Shown here piece by piece: positions 59,921 through 64,000 of a DNA stretch of 64,000 nt. The DNA is taken from positions 2,752,001 to 2,816,000 of the forward strand of contig NZ_JAQNDL010000001.1 in assembly GCF_028368995.1 (NCBI RefSeq), written 5' to 3'. This stretch comes from Nannocystis bainbridge. GTDB lineage: Bacteria > Myxococcota_A > Polyangia > Nannocystales > Nannocystaceae. A program made the translations under genes and the position numbers. The notes below the pieces were generated by a model that saw only the letters and a list, made by a program, of their open reading frames with translations, made no database searches and was not told where the DNA came from. Within the stretch, counting starts at the first letter, position 1. Every line of letters starts with the position of its first letter.

Positions 59921-62900
59921 GTGTACTTCCGTGTCGTCCAGCAAACGCGCGACGCGCTCGCGTTCCAGGTCGTCCTCGAAGGCGAGCGGATCGGCCTGAC
60001 CAGCGTCGAGTTCCGCGATCAGCCCGCGGTCGAGCGCGCGATCGAGGCCGTCATCGCCAGCTTGCGCGAGGGCGTCGACGCCTCCTTGCAGGTCGAGGGG
60101 GACAGCTATCACTTCACCTTGCGCGGCGAGGACGGCGGCCTCCTGGCCCGCGGGATCGCCTGCCCGAGCCCGGCCGAGGCCGACGCCAACCTCGCCGAGC
60201 TCCAGCGCTGGGTCGTCGGCGCCGAGCGGTTCCGCATCGTCAACCTCGCCCGCCCGCAGCGCAGCGGCGCCAAGCCCGTCGACACCATCCAGGTCGCCGT
60301 GCGCTACGACCTCGCGGCCTGCCGCGCCGACAGGCCTGGCCTCGAGCTGCTCAGCCGCGCCAGCGACGGCCTCTTCACCGCCCACCTCCACGGCGAGCGC
60401 GGCGAAGTCCTGCTCTACTTGCGCGGCTTCACCACCCGCTCCGCGCGCGACGAGCAGGTCGAATCGGTCCTCGCCGCCGCCGCCGACCCGCGGCGCTTCG
60501 ATCGGCGCGAGGCCGAGGGTCGGCGTTACTTCGTCCTCACCGCCCGCAACGGCCGGGAGATCGCCCGCGGCCCCTGGCTCGCCAGCGAAGCCGAGTGCGA
60601 CGCCGCCATCACCCAGCTCGTGCGGCTCGCCCCGATCGAGGCCAAGGAGTTTGCGGGTGCGCGGACCCGCCGCAAGGTGGCCGAATCCGGCTACGACCTC
60701 ACCCGCAGATCGACCTCGGGAGCTGCCGGATTCGAGGCTTTCAAGGCTAACGACGGCCATCATTATTTCCACCTCAACGACGAGCGCGGCGAAGCCCTCC
60801 TCTTCAGCCACGGTTACAGCACCCCCAAGGCCCGCGATCACGGCATTCGCAGCCTGCTCAAGGGCGCCGGCGATCCCGTGTGCTACCGCGTCGCCGGCGA
60901 CGAGCTGCGCTTCGCCGTCTCCGCCGTCAACGGCCGCGAGCTGACCCGCAGCCGCCTGTTCGGCAGCCGCGCCGCCCTCGACCGCGCCGTCGCGTGGATC
61001 CGCGGCGAGATCCTCCAACATGGCCGCAAGTACGGCATCCGCCTGTGGGAGTCCTCGTTCATCGAGCTCCCGCACGAACTCGCCAGCGGCGAGGGCGACA
61101 CCGGCCAATCCCCGGACCCCGACGCGCTGGCCCGCCAGGCCCTCGACGCCTCACGCGACACCTCCCTCGCCCGCCTCGCCCCACCCTCGCCCCCCGCAAC
61201 CTCGCCCGCTCCTGCCGCGACGTCACCGACACCCGCCGCGACCTCGCCCTCTCCTGCGACCTCGCCCGCGTCGCCCGCCGCGACCTCGCCCACGACCCTC
61301 GCCGCGACCTCGCCCACTACGACCTCGCCTGCGTCGCCCGCCACGACCTCGCCCACTCCTGCGACCTCGCCACCCGCCGCGACCTCGACCTCGCCTGCGA
61401 CCTCGCCCGCGTCGCCCGCCGCGACCTCGCCCACTCCTGCGACCTCGCCCACTCCTGCAACCGCCTCGCCCGCCGCGACCTCGCCCACTCCTGCCGCCGC
61501 GTCCCCGACGCTCCCCGCTTCTGCCGACGCCCCCACCCCCGCGGCCTTCGATCATTCACCAGCCTCCACCGCCCGCGCCGTCTCCGCCCTCTCCCCCGAC
61601 GCCTCGCCGCAATCGTCGGATCAGGTCGACCGCACCGGTTCCCTGACCACCGAAGCCCGCGAATCCGCTGCTTCGCCGGTCGCCCCGCATGACCCCGCGC
61701 ATTCGCACGGCGCACACGCAGCCGACCTCTCGCATTCGTCGGGCGAGCCTCCAGCATCCGCGCCTTCACAGCCCTCCCCGACAACCACCTCACATTCACC
61801 ACAGCCCCCCGCGGCATCCACGCATCCTTCGGAAGCCCCCGCCCTCGCGCATTCGCCGGACACGCTCGCCGTCACCTCTGCGCATTCACCAGACGCTCCC
61901 GCTCCTGCCACGAATCCGCCAGACGCTCCCGCTTCTACCGTCCTCCAGCATTCGCAGGACGCTCCCGACTCCGTACATGCGCCGGCCGCTCCCGACTCTG
62001 CGCATTCTGCGAGCGCGCGAGCCCCTTCCCCCCATCCGCCCGACGTCCCCGCCTCACATCCACCCGTCGAGCCCCCCGCGTCGCAATCGCCCGCCTCCAT
62101 CGGCCGCGACGACGCTCCCGCGCCCTCCGCCGATTCGCCCGACGAGCCCGAGTCCGCCGAATCCAAACAATCACCCGACGACCCCGCCGAAGAAGCATTC
62201 GCCCCGAACACCCTCCCCCCTCCAGCCGAAATCACCCCACCCGGCGCCCCTCTCGACGAGTCCGAGCCCACCGCCCCTTCTGACTCTCCCGAAGCCTCCG
62301 CGCCCACTGCCTTCTCGTCTTCTCCCGAGCTCGCCGCCTCCGCGCATTCACCGGAAGAGCAAGCCTCATCCTCGCCGGACCTCGAGCTGCAACCAGCCAG
62401 CGCCGAGCCCACCGGCCGCGCCCACGCTCCCGCCGCGTCGCCCGCCAGCGAAGCCCCGCCTCCTCCTCCCCGTGACGTCTCCAGTCGACCCAGCGGCCCC
62501 TTCTCCGCCGACGAGCTCGACGAAGCTCTCGCCCCGCTCGACGCCCTCGAGTTCGACGAAGCGATCCCGATCGCCCTCGATCGCCAGGACTCCGCCACCT
62601 TCGCCGCCGCCTCGGCCCACGCCCTCCCCCACGTCCCGCCGGCCAACGAAGACTCGCTGACCATCGAGCTCGACTCCACCGAACTCTCGACCTTCGCGCC
62701 TGCCTCGCCCCACCATTCCCCGCTCCCCCTCGACGCGCCTCCCAGCTCCCTCCGGCTCGAGCGTGACGGCTCTGCTCCCGCCTCCCAGGCCCCGTTCGAT
62801 CTCCGCGCTCCCAAGCCACCGGGCCCGGCGCCGTTCGATCTCCGCACCCCTCAGTCGTCGCGCCCCGCCTCCTTCGATCGCCAGCCAGCGCCGCCCCAGT

Positions 62901-64000
62901 CGCCCCCTTTCACCGACCGCACCGCATCGGCGCCCTCGCACCCCCGGCCGGTTTCGACCTTCCCGCCCCCGTTCACGCCCACCCCGATCGATCCGTCCGA
63001 CCTCGGGGCGGCCGGCGAACCCGAGGACTCGCTGACGATCGCCCTCGACTCGCCCGACGCATCGACCTTCGCCGCCGCCGACACCGCCCGCGCCGCCTCG
63101 ATCCTCGCCCTCACCCCCGACCTCGTGCAGGACGGCGCCGCTTCACTCGCCGTCGCCGACGAGGTCCCCTTCCTCGCCGAGAGCCTCGTCCGCAGCTCCG
63201 GCTCGGGATTCACCGAGATCGCCATCGACGCCATCGACGCCCCGGACGAACCCGACTTATCACCTGTCCTTTCGAACAGCCGCGAAGATTCGCTGACCCT
63301 CGCCCTCGACGCGCTCGAATCACCGCACGCCGCCGAACCTGCCGCGCCCACTTCCAGCCTTCGACCGCCTCCTGCGCCCGCTCCCTCGCTCGAGCCCGCC
63401 ACCACGGAGCTCCGCGAGGACACGCCGACGAGCCCCGCTCCTTCGCATCCTCTCGATGCCCCGCTCCTCGCCACCGGCGAAGATTCACTGACGCCATCAC
63501 TCGCCGCCCTCGAAGCGCTCGCCATCCCCGAGCCTCGACAAGCTGCCTCACGCCCCCCCCTCCAGGCAGGAACACCTCTCGACGCCCTCGCCTCGCCGAG
63601 CACCGGATCGAAGTTCCTCTCTGGCGAAGATTCGCTGACGCGAGCTCTCGCCGCCCTCGACCTCCCCGTCGGCCAAGACCTCACCGCCTCGAGCGATCCG
63701 CTCGGCGCCTCACCGCTCTCCACCGAGCCCCCCGCCAGCGACGATTCCCTCACGCGAGCTCTCACCACCCTCGAAGACTCTGACGACCTCACCGCCCCGA
63801 TCGAGTCCCCCGCCAGCGACGATTCGCCGCCGCAGCCCCTCACCGACCTCACCGCCCCGAGCCAGTCCCTCGGCGAGTCCCCCGCCAGCGACGATTCGCC
63901 GCCGCAGCCCCTCGCCGATCTCCCCGTCACGAGCGATCCCCTCGCTACTTCACCGCTCTCCGCCGAGTCCCCCGCCAGCGACGATTCGCCGCCGCAGCCC
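59921..64000 (+). CDS. Giant YegP/DUF1508-repeat protein with long Pro/Ser/Ala/acidic low-complexity tail (partial)
   Basis: GGGAG RBS and GTG start; own translation gives YegP-like units (YHFTLRGEDG, YFVLTARNGREIARG, YFHLNDERGEALLFSHGYSTPKARDHGIRS, AVNGRELTRS). The ORF track lists no stop-terminated ORF in this frame, consistent with it staying open to the window end. Confidence 0.8.
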   Translation, partial: MYFRVVQQTRDALAFQVVLEGERIGLTSVEFRDQPAVERAIEAVIASLREGVDASLQVEGDSYHFTLRGEDGGLLARGIACPSPAEADANLAELQRWVVGAERFRIVNLARPQRSGAKPVDTIQVAVRYDLAACRADRPGLELLSRASDGLFTAHLHGERGEVLLYLRGFTTRSARDEQVESVLAAAADPRRFDRREAEGRRYFVLTARNGREIARGPWLASEAECDAAITQLVRLAPIEAKEFAGARTRRKVAESGYDLTRRSTSGAAGFEAFKANDGHHYFHLNDERGEALLFSHGYSTPKARDHGIRSLLKGAGDPVCYRVAGDELRFAVSAVNGRELTRSRLFGSRAALDRAVAWIRGEILQHGRKYGIRLWESSFIELPHELASGEGDTGQSPDPDALARQALDASRDTSLARLAPPSPPATSPAPAATSPTPAATSPSPATSPASPAATSPTTLAATSPTTTSPASPATTSPTPATSPPAATSTSPATSPASPAATSPTPATSPTPATASPAATSPTPAAASPTLPASADAPTPAAFDHSPASTARAVSALSPDASPQSSDQVDRTGSLTTEARESAASPVAPHDPAHSHGAHAADLSHSSGEPPASAPSQPSPTTTSHSPQPPAASTHPSEAPALAHSPDTLAVTSAHSPDAPAPATNPPDAPASTVLQHSQDAPDSVHAPAAPDSAHSASARAPSPHPPDVPASHPPVEPPASQSPASIGRDDAPAPSADSPDEPESAESKQSPDDPAEEAFAPNTLPPPAEITPPGAPLDESEPTAPSDSPEASAPTAFSSSPELAASAHSPEEQASSSPDLELQPASAEPTGRAHAPAASPASEAPPPPPRDVSSRPSGPFSADELDEALAPLDALEFDEAIPIALDRQDSATFAAASAHALPHVPPANEDSLTIELDSTELSTFAPASPHHSPLPLDAPPSSLRLERDGSAPASQAPFDLRAPKPPGPAPFDLRTPQSSRPASFDRQPAPPQSPPFTDRTASAPSHPRPVSTFPPPFTPTPIDPSDLGAAGEPEDSLTIALDSPDASTFAAADTARAASILALTPDLVQDGAASLAVADEVPFLAESLVRSSGSGFTEIAIDAIDAPDEPDLSPVLSNSREDSLTLALDALESPHAAEPAAPTSSLRPPPAPAPSLEPATTELREDTPTSPAPSHPLDAPLLATGEDSLTPSLAALEALAIPEPRQAASRPPLQAGTPLDALASPSTGSKFLSGEDSLTRALAALDLPVGQDLTASSDPLGASPLSTEPPASDDSLTRALTTLEDSDDLTAPIESPASDDSPPQPLTDLTAPSQSLGESPASDDSPPQPLADLPVTSDPLATSPLSAESPASDDSPPQP

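Overview
Very GC-rich window from a myxobacterium, inferred to be Nannocystis-like from MYXO-CTERM tails, Cys-rich lipoproteins and a Ser/Thr kinase-TPR protein. It holds tRNA-Gly(CCC), argS, a partial 5-formyl-THF cyclo-ligase, a PPK2, a divergent PurA-like gene, three histidine kinases, a CusCBA-type Cu/Ag RND efflux operon, a stress cluster (two ferritin-like genes and a degenerate SDR), scattered carotenoid-related genes, many secreted lipoproteins and metalloproteases, and a giant YegP/DUF1508-repeat ORF that runs off the right end. I found no integrase, transposase or CRISPR array. The most striking unexplained signal is a pervasive 14-bp palindromic DNA element, TGTC-N6-GACA. It is abutted head-to-tail so that CATG recurs every 14 bp, in arrays of up to 6 phased cores. 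The arrays sit mostly just 3' of stop codons and at convergent gene junctions, but also occur in register inside coding sequences and as the core of larger tandem repeats. This suggests an uncharacterised genome-wide protein-binding or chromosome-organisation system. Many genes also appear to be transcribed as leaderless mRNAs.
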